This document shows, in pieces, positions 9,673-18,377 of a stretch of DNA of 56,310 nt. The notes beneath the pieces are model-generated. The model was given only the letters and a program-made list of their open reading frames with translations. It had not been told where the DNA came from and ran no database searches. Position 1 is the stretch's first letter; each line of letters opens with the position of its first letter. The stretch spans positions 1-56,310 of the forward strand of contig JAOPTX010000002.1 of assembly GCA_051532055.1 (NCBI GenBank), given 5' to 3'. The translations under genes and the position numbers were made by a program. Source of the stretch: Fibrobacterales bacterium (GTDB lineage: Bacteria; Fibrobacterota; Fibrobacteria; Fibrobacterales; JAOPTW01).

Positions 9673-10481
9673 CCTCGCTCCTTTGTGAGTGGAAAAAACT
9701 GAAGGTTCAGCTGATACACCTGATTTTCCTCTTCGTCAGATTGTGCAAGATCTGCCATCTCTCTTCTGAACATATTTATTTTGCGAATCATGCGCTCAAT
9801 ACCTTTATTCGAAACGCTCATTGCAATACCCGATACATTTCGTTTTTCAGGAGTATAGACATCTATGGCCTCCTTCCCGAGATCGATCAATTGCTTTTGA
9901 ACAGCCCGCATGGTAAAAACATCAATGTGATCACCAATTATTTTACCACTTTTAGGACGCCAATGCCCATCAATCTTTTCAATAAGTTCAAGCTCCTGCA
10001 ATAGCTTCATTGCTTTTTTAACATTGGGAAGTGATACTTGTGGATTAAGAAAATGTCCCAAATCTCTCAAATCATCACCAACATCAAAAATTGCAAGTGC
10101 CTCTCGTATTGCGGCATGATACCAATGTTTATAATATTCTCGTTGACTTCTTGTTAACGTGCGAATACTGTTTGGAAGCATTTTAGCCAACACTTCAAAT
10201 GTCTCTTCTTTTGACTTTTGTGTTTTCGCATGAGTAAAATGCATCATCTGCTTGAGATACCGTTCCTCTTTTTCGTTAAGACCCAATGCCTTAACAAATT
10301 TTGGCAAAAGCGCCACTGTTATATTTCTTCTACCCGTTACCAGATCTCCATACACACTCGGCGAACCAATTCCAGCGAGTTTTGAAAATACACGAAACGT
10401 AAAAGTGCGATCAATCGACTTTTTATAGTCATAGTACTCTTTCAGATAGGAACGATAATTATAATAATCAAATATGTTCAT
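9669..10481 (-). CDS. TIGR02147 family protein (Fibrobacter paralogous family, HTH + DUF4423-like)
   Basis: MNIFDYYNYRSYLKEYY..FTFR.FSK.AG..GRRN, YYKHWYHAAIRE, C-terminal VYQLNLQFFPLT. Confidence 0.85.
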   Translation of the reverse strand: MNIFDYYNYRSYLKEYYDYKKSIDRTFTFRVFSKLAGIGSPSVYGDLVTGRRNITVALLPKFVKALGLNEKEERYLKQMMHFTHAKTQKSKEETFEVLAKMLPNSIRTLTRSQREYYKHWYHAAIREALAIFDVGDDLRDLGHFLNPQVSLPNVKKAMKLLQELELIEKIDGHWRPKSGKIIGDHIDVFTMRAVQKQLIDLGKEAIDVYTPEKRNVSGIAMSVSNKGIERMIRKINMFRREMADLAQSDEEENQVYQLNLQFFPLTKERG

Positions 10482-10551
10482 TCACTCCCCAGGTCGTGTG
10501 GGCATTTTCTCTTAATATAGATCCGTACAGTTTTACATCAAGAAGTTATCC

Positions 10552-10649
10552 TTTTTGTACACATTATTTACGTTATTTTTACTCTTTTTTGTCCGCATTG
10601 TGTTCGCATGTGCATATTTTAAGCTATTTAAGGATTTTTTTGTCCGCAT
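10552..10649. promoter_or_regulatory. Repeated TGTnCRCAT boxes upstream of the TIGR02147 gene
   Basis: TGTACACAT at 10556, TGTCCGCAT at 10590, TGTTCGCAT at 10601, TGTCCGCAT at 10641. Confidence 0.5.
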
Positions 10650-10745
10650 ATATATTCATATTTTAACAACACATTGTACTCCAATGTTACATCAATTGCT
10701 TTATCGTAGCAGCAGTGATTGGGAATCCGAAGGATATCGCTAAGG

Positions 10746-10780
10746 GTATAAAAAAGCAGCCGATGCCTGCTTTTTTATAC
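10746..10780. terminator. Terminator-like hairpin
   Basis: GTATAAAAAAGCAG-ccgatgc-CTGCTTTTTTATAC, perfect 14-bp arms. Confidence 0.75.
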
Positions 10781-10784
10781 TGCT

Positions 10785-10803
10785 TCCTGAACGAACTTCG
10801 AAC
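10785..10803. repeat. 19-bp direct repeat copy 2 (att-like)
   Basis: Identical to 260-278. Confidence 0.85.
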
Positions 10804-10849
10804 TGAATTAACTAAACTGTTACCATAGATAAACACTCGAATTTAATTA

Positions 10850-11396
10850 TCAGTAATCCAATTTTTGAGTGAAATCCACATATGCTCTTTTAGCATCAGA
10901 TCCTTCTTTATGACACCATTCTTTGATGAAAGCCTTATCCACTTTCTCCTCATTAGCCACCAATACTGCTTGATCCAGACATTCCCGTGCTTTAAAATAT
11001 ATGTAGCTCGCTAGCCTATCTTTCACACAATCCTCTGGTGAAAGTATATAAATGGAAATACCATGTTTTTGTATCTCGACAGGCTTAATTGAATAATCAT
11101 CTCCAATAGCAACAGGTGGAGATACAAATTCAACATACAGATGACTGCATTCAGAATGAATCCAATGACGTCCTTTTTTTTATAAAACCAATGTGCCCCA
11201 TAAGTTCAGCTATTTTACCCTTGGGTAGGTTAAAATTCTCTATAACAATATCAAGATCACCCGACCGATACGCACCTTTACTATATACTACTGCAACCGC
11301 TCCCCCAACAAGAACATTCCTAATATTGTTTTGTGCTAGATAAGTTGCTACATATTCCCACAACTCTCTTTCAGTACAATGAGCATAATCAATCAC
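10850..11396 (-). pseudogene. Frameshifted nucleotidyltransferase-family gene (DUF6036/AbiEii-like)
   Basis: VLVGGA..YSKGAYRSGDLD motif. Removing one A from the A8 run (11174-11181) gives IKKGRHWIH..LSPEDCVKDRLASY..WCHKEG..KLDY-stop. Confidence 0.75.
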
Positions 11397-11530
11397 AAGA
11401 CAGGTTTACCTTTTTTCCGCGGTCTTCTACGAGATTCAAACATCTCTTCTCGTTCATTAAGCGGAATTGATTCATAAGCAATACGCAAAATTTCGGTGAT
11501 AGGTTTTATCCATGGTGATTTTTGATTAAA
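11393..11530 (-). pseudogene. 3' remnant of the winged-HTH partner gene
   Basis: FNQKSPWIKPITEILRIAYESIPLNEREEMFESRRRPRKKGKPVL-stop. TGA overlaps the GTG of the NTase gene. No start codon. Confidence 0.6.
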
Positions 11531-11556
11531 TGCAATCGAGCTTCCCCTAAAATTAA

Positions 11557-11626
11557 TGCTCAATATTTACATAATATGAGCAAAAGAACTTGTTATAGCT
11601 CAAATATTAAAAATATTGAGCTATAA
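11557..11626. promoter_or_regulatory. Two tandem inverted repeats GCTCA-N14-TGAGC (probable autoregulatory operator)
   Basis: TGCTCA-N14-TGAGCA at 11557-11582; TTATAGCTCAA-N12-TTGAGCTATAA at 11593-11626. Confidence 0.6.
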
Positions 11627-11690
11627 GTTTTTACAACTTCCATTTCTGGGATAGAGGGTATTATTTTTTCGAACAGATAAGCGCATACAA

Positions 11691-11722
11691 GAAAAGGCCT
11701 TAAATTGAATTAAGACCTTTTC
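11691..11722 (-). terminator. Terminator after tRNA-Arg(CCT)
   Basis: GAAAAGGCCTTA-N8-TAAGACCTTTTC. Confidence 0.65.
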
Positions 11723-11733
11723 GTACTATTAAG

Positions 11734-11806
11734 TACCCTCAGCGAGACTCGAACTCACATCTACCCTTTAGGAGAGGGTGGCTCTATCCACTTGAGCTAT
11801 GAGGGC
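11734..11806 (-). tRNA. tRNA-Arg(CCT)
   Basis: GCCCTCA..TGAGGGT acceptor stem, ACCCT-CT CCT AA-AGGGT anticodon arm, GTTCGA T-loop. CCA not encoded. Confidence 0.95.
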
Positions 11807-11818
11807 AATATAGAGTTG

Positions 11819-14113
11819 TTAGAACGTTCTTTTACGACGCTTTGATTTCTTAGTATTTTTCTTTTTCACTGTAGAAAAGATCGTTGCACCTTTTTCACGT
11901 TTTTTGCTATTACGGTGCAACCCATCACACACAAGATCAGTTTTAGTTTTAGGGTTATAATACTCTTTATATGTATGGGCACAGTTAGGACTTGCAGGCA
12001 AATGTGTAATTGAACAGTTATCAACCTTTGATACACCATAAGGTTTTTCAAACTCAAGTTTAGGTAACTCTTCATGGATTTTTTTCATCACTTCAATAAA
12101 GACTGGTGCTGCAGCCCCACCACCCGTATGCCCTCGGCTCACCGGCTTATGGTCATCGTGCCCCAGCCAAATACCCATTGTATATTGTTTACTAAATCCG
12201 ATATACCAGGCATCATTATAATTATTCGTCGTTCCAGTCTTTCCGCCACTTGGGTGCTTAAATCCTTCACGATAAACCTTGGCTGCAGTACCTCTTTTAT
12301 TCACATCTTCTAAAATTGAAGTAGTTAAAAAGGCGGTGACAGAACTGATAACTTCTTGCTCTTGTTTGAAGTTTTTCTCAATCACCTCTTTATTTTTACT
12401 CTCTATCTTATTTATCATGTACGGCTCAATGCGCGTACCACCGTTAGGAAACACGGTATAGGCTGACGTCATTTCTTTAAGGGTCGCACCAATTGAACCA
12501 ATTGCAAGAGAAGGTACTGCACGAAGTCTACTTTTAAGCCCAAATTTTTTGGCATAATTCACAATATTACGAAGTCCATATTTGAGTCCCGTTTGTATTG
12601 CCGGTAAATTCTTAGATCTATAGAGTGCTGAGCGAAGGGTCATCCATCCACTAAATTTATGGCCATAATTATCCGGTCGCCACACTTTTGTACTATCTGT
12701 GGGGTCAGGAATGGTTATCGGTTGATCATTTATCGAGTCTGCAGGATTTGCCCCATTATCAATTGCGGTAGCATACACAAACGGTTTAAAAGAAGAACCA
12801 GGTTGGCGATATGATTGCGTTGCACGATTAAACTTTGACTCATCAAAACTACGTCCCCCAACCATGGCCACGACACCACCACTCGTATTATCAATAATCA
12901 CCGCCGCCCCTTGAATATTTCTATAGCGCATGGAGTCAGGATAAACAATTTCATATTCTTTTAAGGCCTCTTCATCCATCTCTGCCATTGCGATAACCTC
13001 TTTCTGAATAAAGGCCGTATCAAAGTGGTGATACAGAGAGTCAAAATGTGCTAAAATAGTATCTTTAGGGAGTTCCAATTTATCGACCATCTTATATGCC
13101 CAGATTACCCGATTTTGAAGATAAAACTCAATAGTATCAAGCCGGCTTACCAAAGCAGCTTCTGTCCATTCTTGAATCTCTCTATCTAATGTTGAATAGA
13201 TTGATATACCTTCTGAATATAGACTCGCTTCCCCATATTTCTTTTCAAGATACTTTCTAATCTCTTCAATAAAATAGCCACCAACAACTTGCTCTTCTTC
13301 AGTTTCAGCCTTTGCAATGGGCTGATCAATAGCATCCAAGTATTCATCTACCGTAATTCTACCGACATCCTTCATTGCAAACAATACCTGTTTACGACGT
13401 TTCAATGCTGCTTCCGGTCGTTTATCGGGGCGGTACCCCTCTGGACGCTGTAAAAGGCCTGCAAGTAACGCAGCCTCCGCAATAGTTACCTCTTTTAATG
13501 AGTGCCCAAAATATGTTTCACACGCAGCTTCAAAGCCATAGGCCCCAGCACCAAGGTACACGGTGTTTATATAAAACTCGAGAATTTCTCTTTTTGTGTA
13601 GGTTTTCTCAATCTCAATGGCCGTCAAGGCCTCTTTGATTTTCCGTTCAAGGGTTTTTTCAAAAGTCAAATAGAGGTTTTTTGTAAGCTGCTGAGTAAGT
13701 GTCGATGCCCCTCGCAAACTACCACCAGTCAATTTCGTCTTTATTGCACTAAGAATTGCCATGGGGTTGATCCCCCAATGATTATAAAACTCTCTGTCTT
13801 CTATAGCCATAATTGCATTAGGAAGGATATCAGGAACTGAATCTATAGATATCCAGATTCGTTTCTCAACAAAAAACTCATGAACCAAATTGCTATCTTT
13901 GTCATAGACTTTGGTTATCAATTTTGGTTTAATATTTTCTAGTTGTTCAAGAGAGGGTAAGTCACTTTGAAGAACTTTAGCAACAGTTATCCCTCCTACT
14001 AAAAAACCGACTACGGGAATTGCCAAAATGAGTATTACTAGGAGTCGTGTTTTAGTCAAAGAATACCAGTGACGCGCAGACTCAGAAGCCAAATTATTTT
14101 TTGATTTAATCAT
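11819..14113 (-). CDS. mrcA: Penicillin-binding protein 1A
   Basis: Transglycosylase motifs EDREF, GASTLTQQL, RKIKE; transpeptidase motifs SSFK, SKN, KTG. Confidence 0.9.
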   Translation of the reverse strand: MIKSKNNLASESARHWYSLTKTRLLVILILAIPVVGFLVGGITVAKVLQSDLPSLEQLENIKPKLITKVYDKDSNLVHEFFVEKRIWISIDSVPDILPNAIMAIEDREFYNHWGINPMAILSAIKTKLTGGSLRGASTLTQQLTKNLYLTFEKTLERKIKEALTAIEIEKTYTKREILEFYINTVYLGAGAYGFEAACETYFGHSLKEVTIAEAALLAGLLQRPEGYRPDKRPEAALKRRKQVLFAMKDVGRITVDEYLDAIDQPIAKAETEEEQVVGGYFIEEIRKYLEKKYGEASLYSEGISIYSTLDREIQEWTEAALVSRLDTIEFYLQNRVIWAYKMVDKLELPKDTILAHFDSLYHHFDTAFIQKEVIAMAEMDEEALKEYEIVYPDSMRYRNIQGAAVIIDNTSGGVVAMVGGRSFDESKFNRATQSYRQPGSSFKPFVYATAIDNGANPADSINDQPITIPDPTDSTKVWRPDNYGHKFSGWMTLRSALYRSKNLPAIQTGLKYGLRNIVNYAKKFGLKSRLRAVPSLAIGSIGATLKEMTSAYTVFPNGGTRIEPYMINKIESKNKEVIEKNFKQEQEVISSVTAFLTTSILEDVNKRGTAAKVYREGFKHPSGGKTGTTNNYNDAWYIGFSKQYTMGIWLGHDDHKPVSRGHTGGGAAAPVFIEVMKKIHEELPKLEFEKPYGVSKVDNCSITHLPASPNCAHTYKEYYNPKTKTDLVCDGLHRNSKKREKGATIFSTVKKKNTKKSKRRKRTF

Positions 14114-14208
14114 TCATTAACCAATTTATACCGATAAGAAAAAGGCATACTCCGCATAGGGAAATTATGTTACATTTTGGAATAAATGTACTAATTATCG
14201 GAGAAAGT

Positions 14209-15069
14209 ATGACTAGATTTGCCCTGTTTGCAAGCGCAATTGCGGTTTTTTGCACTATTAATTGTTCAGAGGATCCTGTTGATAATAACCCACCTGTAGT
14301 GAATGACCTCTCAAAAACCATCTACTCAGTATATGACACTATTACTATTAATTTTAATGAAGAACTACTCGCTTTTTCTGAAGCAAACTATTCAGCAACC
14401 CCTACACTAAACTGTATGCTTGATTCTACAAGCATGAGTAATGTTAAATGTGTCGCCCCAACTACTGGCACCGCTGGTATTCCTCAACTAGAATCAAATA
14501 CCACCTATAGCATAGCTCTTAAAAGCATTGCAGATGGTCATAATAACACCGCTATAGATACAACTATCAGTCTTCAAACAATGTATTGGACTGATTTAGA
14601 TTTTAGTGACGGCTCAACACCTGCGAACGACAATGTTGGTTCAGCAGTCTATCTGAACGAATTAAGTGACGCGTTACCATCTGAGACTCTTCTTAACGGT
14701 AAACTCATTACAGAAGGTATCTTCCTTTCTGGGGCACTTGGTAAAGCTCAACTAAACTATGATACACAGGATTATTATAGCCTGAGCCTTAAAGCCCGTG
14801 ATTCACTGTCTATCGACGTTTCTGACATCACCAATACTATTCTTATTAGAGTATACGGGTCAAAAACATTAGAATCAACTCCTGATGCTGAAGCTATTAT
14901 CGAAAAAGAGTTTACCCCTGGCACAGCGGATAACCTCACTTATTACGTGAGCGCTGAAGACTTTTTTACTATGGAATACATCACCTTCTGGGTTCGCGTT
15001 TCAATCATCGACCCACGCCAGGATGCATTCTCGCCATACACCCTCAATATCAGTAAAAAGTCACGCTAA
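14209..15069 (+). CDS. Hypothetical lipoprotein with Ig-like N-domain
   Basis: GGAGA then ATG at 14209, TINC lipobox-like, ITINFNEE..LESNTTYSI pattern. Confidence 0.65.
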   Translation: MTRFALFASAIAVFCTINCSEDPVDNNPPVVNDLSKTIYSVYDTITINFNEELLAFSEANYSATPTLNCMLDSTSMSNVKCVAPTTGTAGIPQLESNTTYSIALKSIADGHNNTAIDTTISLQTMYWTDLDFSDGSTPANDNVGSAVYLNELSDALPSETLLNGKLITEGIFLSGALGKAQLNYDTQDYYSLSLKARDSLSIDVSDITNTILIRVYGSKTLESTPDAEAIIEKEFTPGTADNLTYYVSAEDFFTMEYITFWVRVSIIDPRQDAFSPYTLNISKKSR

Positions 15070-15088
15070 CTCAAAGACCACATCTTTT

Positions 15089-15120
15089 AAAAAGAGCAAT
15101 TTTAAATAATTGCTCTTTTT
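15089..15120 (+). terminator. Intrinsic terminator
   Basis: AAAAAGAGCAATT..AATTGCTCTTTTT. Confidence 0.7.
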
Positions 15121-15176
15121 TTACCCCCAAAGGTCTTTAATATGAGATCAAGAATTACTATCATTGGTCTCACATT

Positions 15177-15250
15177 GCACTCGTGGCCAAATTGGATAAG
15201 GCTCCTGACTACGAATCAGGCGATTACAGGTTCGACTCCTGTCGAGTGTA
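15177..15250 (+). tRNA. tRNA-Arg(ACG)
   Basis: GCACTCG..CGAGTGT acceptor stem, CCTGA-CT ACG AA-TCAGG anticodon arm, GGTTCGACTCC. Confidence 0.95.
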
Positions 15251-15251
15251 T

Positions 15252-15284
15252 AAAAAAGCCCGCTCTTTTGAGTGGGCTTTTTTT
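15252..15284. terminator. Bidirectional terminator
   Basis: AAAAAAGCCCGCTC-tttt-GAGTGGGCTTTTTTT between convergent genes. Confidence 0.8.
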
Positions 15285-15294
15285 GTGTGTATCA

Positions 15295-15852
15295 TTAAAA
15301 CTTAGGGCTTTCTAAAGGAATGTCAATAATTAAGGCAAGTCCAAAATTGATATACGGCTCAAAATCATTATAAACATACCCTCCCTGTAAACCCAATCCA
15401 ACTACGCCATATTTAACTCCCACTTCACCAGTTATGGCTGCTGCCAAAGTCACATCCGAAGTACATCCATCAGATGCATGTAAAAACACATCTTTATCAC
15501 GACACACTTCAGGAGAATAATCAAAATTCAGCGACGTCACCCCACCACCAATCAACAGTGACGAATACCAAAACGTATCACTATAGCCAATCCCAACATG
15601 ACCTAAATACAGATCAACATTGGCCTGAATATCATTATACATCAATGTATCCGCCCTATACTCACTTTGACTTGCACCAACCACCCAATAATTTTTGCTC
15701 TTGTAGGTGACAGTAACCCCACTTCCCCTTATGTTTTCCCCAAGATACATATACCCCTCGACAACATTGGCCTGAACGGTAGACTTATGCTCCGTGTTCC
15801 CCGCCAAAAGAGCTAAAGGTAAAAAAACGATTCCTAGCAATACATTCTTCAT
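15295..15852 (-). CDS. Hypothetical exported protein, possibly a small outer-membrane beta-barrel
   Basis: GAGG then ATG at 15852, signal peptide, Gly/aromatic alternating strands, terminal Phe. Confidence 0.55.
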   Translation of the reverse strand: MKNVLLGIVFLPLALLAGNTEHKSTVQANVVEGYMYLGENIRGSGVTVTYKSKNYWVVGASQSEYRADTLMYNDIQANVDLYLGHVGIGYSDTFWYSSLLIGGGVTSLNFDYSPEVCRDKDVFLHASDGCTSDVTLAAAITGEVGVKYGVVGLGLQGGYVYNDFEPYINFGLALIIDIPLESPKF

Positions 15853-16115
15853 AGTTTCCTCATTGTAACATGTACCATTCAACGCCTTCATACACTCAAG
15901 AGTAACCATTATTTACTCTAAGTACAACTTTGTATCACAATACCTGTAACACTCCCTGCGAGATGAGCACACTTTCTATACACCAACCACTCTTTTACCA
16001 GTCCGCAAAGTAAACTTTCACTATACATTTATTTTACTGCAATTTAGCGTTGATTAGGCCTCGATTCCACCTTGCACTCCTTATCATATCGCATAAAACC
16101 TTGTTAAACAAACAT

Positions 16116-16129
16116 GGACAGATCTGTCC
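16116..16129. promoter_or_regulatory. Palindrome GGACA-N4-TGTCC, copy 1
   Basis: GGACAgatcTGTCC; matches 18181 and 18378. Confidence 0.55.
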
Positions 16130-16244
16130 TGACTATATGGACCAATACAGCCACAACCCAACCTACCCTTAAAAGAGAAATATATCTTTACACCAGACAT
16201 ATGAAAGACCCCTATCTTTCAAGTCAAAATTTTGAGAAAGCTTT

Positions 16245-16453
16245 GTGTGTAATATATTGGGACACACTTATAAAACCCGGCGGTGCGGATCTATGTCTCG
16301 TACATTAATGCTTGCCCCGGGTTTTACTTCTTCGAGGGTTTAACAGGAAGGCTTTCTACACGGAACCCCTAAGTGTGTTGATATTCATCACACTTTAAGG
16401 CCCGGCGGTTATATCAAATGTGTTGTGTGCTTATTATGACCCCGGGCTTTTTT
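16245..16453 (+). ncRNA. Candidate structured sRNA with two repeated hairpin modules
   Basis: Two units of GTGTG..CACAC hairpin plus CCCGG-C-GGT..CCCCGGG stem with compensatory changes. G-U pairs favour the + strand. Ends in a U-run. 5' end unknown. Confidence 0.5.
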
Positions 16454-16461
16454 ATCTTACC

Positions 16462-16503
16462 AAACAGAAAGGGCCAGATCAATTGATCTGGCCCTTTCTG
16501 TTT
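16462..16503. terminator. Perfect 42-bp palindrome, bidirectional terminator
   Basis: AAACAGAAAGGGCCAGATCAA|TTGATCTGGCCCTTTCTGTTT. Confidence 0.8.
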
Positions 16504-16520
16504 ACTCGTATTTTGACTAT

Positions 16521-18044
16521 TTACTTAATAATTATTTCAGCGTAAATCCCTGAATTCACACTATATTTCACAAAATAATTACCCTGATTCAACTCAAGAC
16601 GACTGACAGCCATTCTTGCATCAGCAAAATTAACACGAGAAATTGTAGCGTAGAGCTTACCACTGAAACCATATACCTGAACACGCTCAACTAATGATGA
16701 GGGCATTAGTTCCGAAACACTTCTCATAGATCCATAGAGAGACAATACATCTTCAGAAGTACCTTCTTCTGAAGATTCAGACGAGACATTCTCTTCACCC
16801 TCACTAGAAGATGATTCAACTTCTGAAGACACCTCTTCTATTACCTCATCTGAAGACAGTGCAACAGATGAAGATGAACTACTGACAGCTTCTGAAGAAG
16901 AAACCACAGCCTCACTCGACAATACAGAAGAGGAGAGCTCAACGACCACAGAAGATGATGATTCGCCAGCACCAGAAAGTCCACTTGGCTCATCAAACTC
17001 AGGAAGAGTATCTAAAGCATTCCAACGCTCCAAAATAAACTCCTTCATCTTAAGGCCAATATCAGAGAAATCGGCATCAGACCACACTGTCGCGTCCCCA
17101 CCAGTCCCATTTTTCAACATAGAATCAAACTCATAGTCATCGACCGCATTATCTTGCCACCCTTCTTGACAAGTATTTGGACCACCCGTTGTTTTACATT
17201 GCTCAACTTTATCATTTACCGACCAATAGGTAAAGCCCACTTTATTTTCTCGTATGGCTTGCAACCATAAATCAAATTCTGCCTCTAAGTTTTGAGGACT
17301 TCGTAAACTCCCCCAAATCCCCCACTCGTTTATAAAGAGAGGTATGCCACTATTTATCCAGTTTCCAATACTGCTTCTTAAACTTTCTCCATGGGTGTGC
17401 ACATAAAAATGAAGAGAGTAGACCTGATTACCAGAAGGTAGCGGAGGATTGCTAAATGCTTCATCAGGTTTCTGAGACCAAAATGATGTGCCGACATGAA
17501 TAATATTATCAGGGTCAATTGCACGAATGGCACTTACTACCCGATCAGAATAGGGTTTAATAAGTGAGCCATAATCAATCATTTCAGGTTCATTGTAAAT
17601 TTCGTACATTACATTGGGTACTTCACCATATTTTGTAGCCATCTCTTCAAAAAACGCCACAGCATCATCTGTTTCTTCATGAGCATCATGAGAATGCCAG
17701 TCGATTATAACATAAATACCCCTCGCAATACATGCATCAACAACATCAATTACCTTTTGTTTTTCCACATCACTACTATCTCTATATGCATGAGAGTCCA
17801 TGGCCGCCCGAACAACGGTCACTTTCCATTCATCAACGAAATAATCAATTACTGATCTATTATAGTATTGCTCAGAATCACCACTCCAAAAAAGGCTTAC
17901 CCCAGGCAATGCAATCGGATCCCCAGACTCATTTACCATATATTGGCCATCAACACTTAACTGCCCATACACTTCAACAATACTTTTTGCATGAACAGTA
18001 GCGCCCAACATTAATGCAAGCCCCAGTAAAAATATATTCTTCAT
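16521..18044 (-). CDS. GH5 (subfamily 2-like) endoglucanase with Ser-rich linker and C-terminal sorting-type domain
   Basis: GVSLFWS, VIIDWH, YEIYNEP acid/base, LHFY, FINEWG nucleophile, signal peptide. Confidence 0.9.
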   Translation of the reverse strand: MKNIFLLGLALMLGATVHAKSIVEVYGQLSVDGQYMVNESGDPIALPGVSLFWSGDSEQYYNRSVIDYFVDEWKVTVVRAAMDSHAYRDSSDVEKQKVIDVVDACIARGIYVIIDWHSHDAHEETDDAVAFFEEMATKYGEVPNVMYEIYNEPEMIDYGSLIKPYSDRVVSAIRAIDPDNIIHVGTSFWSQKPDEAFSNPPLPSGNQVYSLHFYVHTHGESLRSSIGNWINSGIPLFINEWGIWGSLRSPQNLEAEFDLWLQAIRENKVGFTYWSVNDKVEQCKTTGGPNTCQEGWQDNAVDDYEFDSMLKNGTGGDATVWSDADFSDIGLKMKEFILERWNALDTLPEFDEPSGLSGAGESSSSVVVELSSSVLSSEAVVSSSEAVSSSSSSVALSSDEVIEEVSSEVESSSSEGEENVSSESSEEGTSEDVLSLYGSMRSVSELMPSSLVERVQVYGFSGKLYATISRVNFADARMAVSRLELNQGNYFVKYSVNSGIYAEIIIK

Positions 18045-18180
18045 AATTTTCTCTTTTCTAGCTATGGCCCATCATAGTGTACAGTGCAAAGTATGACATA
18101 AGCCGTGTGTATATGTGTCATAAAAATACTTATCTCTCCCTCAATTACTGTCTAACTCATCAGCAAAAACACTAATTCAA

Positions 18181-18194
18181 GGACACCCCTGTCC
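18181..18194. promoter_or_regulatory. Palindrome GGACA-N4-TGTCC, copy 2
   Basis: GGACAccccTGTCC upstream of the minus-strand GH5 gene. Confidence 0.55.
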
Positions 18195-18377
18195 ATAGCT
18201 ACAAGACCGAATCCCCTACTCCTCTACCCATCAACTTCTTAACAATTCACAAAATCCACAAAACAGCACCAAAAACAAAGCCTTTTATTAGGGACATATA
18301 ATAATATCGCATTTCCTAAAATTTTTAACAAAACGACACATATAGCTGATATAAGCCAAACAGAGGATTATAACTAT

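Larger units (their letters stand above)
258..11733. mobile_element. Probable tandem genomic island(s) at the 3' end of tRNA-Arg(CCT); no recombinase gene visible
   Basis: TAAGTACCC at 249-257 duplicates the tRNA 3' end (11730-11738). An identical 19-bp tRNA-T-loop-like repeat lies at 260-278 and 10785-10803. Cargo is accessory genes and pseudogenes. Confidence 0.5.

Noticed and set aside
11593..11626. Palindrome arm ATAGCTCAA equals the tRNA-Arg D-arm sequence
   Set aside because: Only 9 bp, and better explained as part of the paired operator.
16114..16308. 64-aa + strand ORF
   Set aside because: No RBS or recognisable motif. It overlaps the palindrome and RNA-like structure, which explain the region better.
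16110..16370. CsrB/Rsm-type sRNA (several GGA motifs)
   Set aside because: The GGAs are few and not consistently in short hairpin loops.
18110..18344. Inverted GACACATATA pair between divergent GH5 genes
   Set aside because: A 10-bp AT-rich match seen only twice; insufficient on its own.
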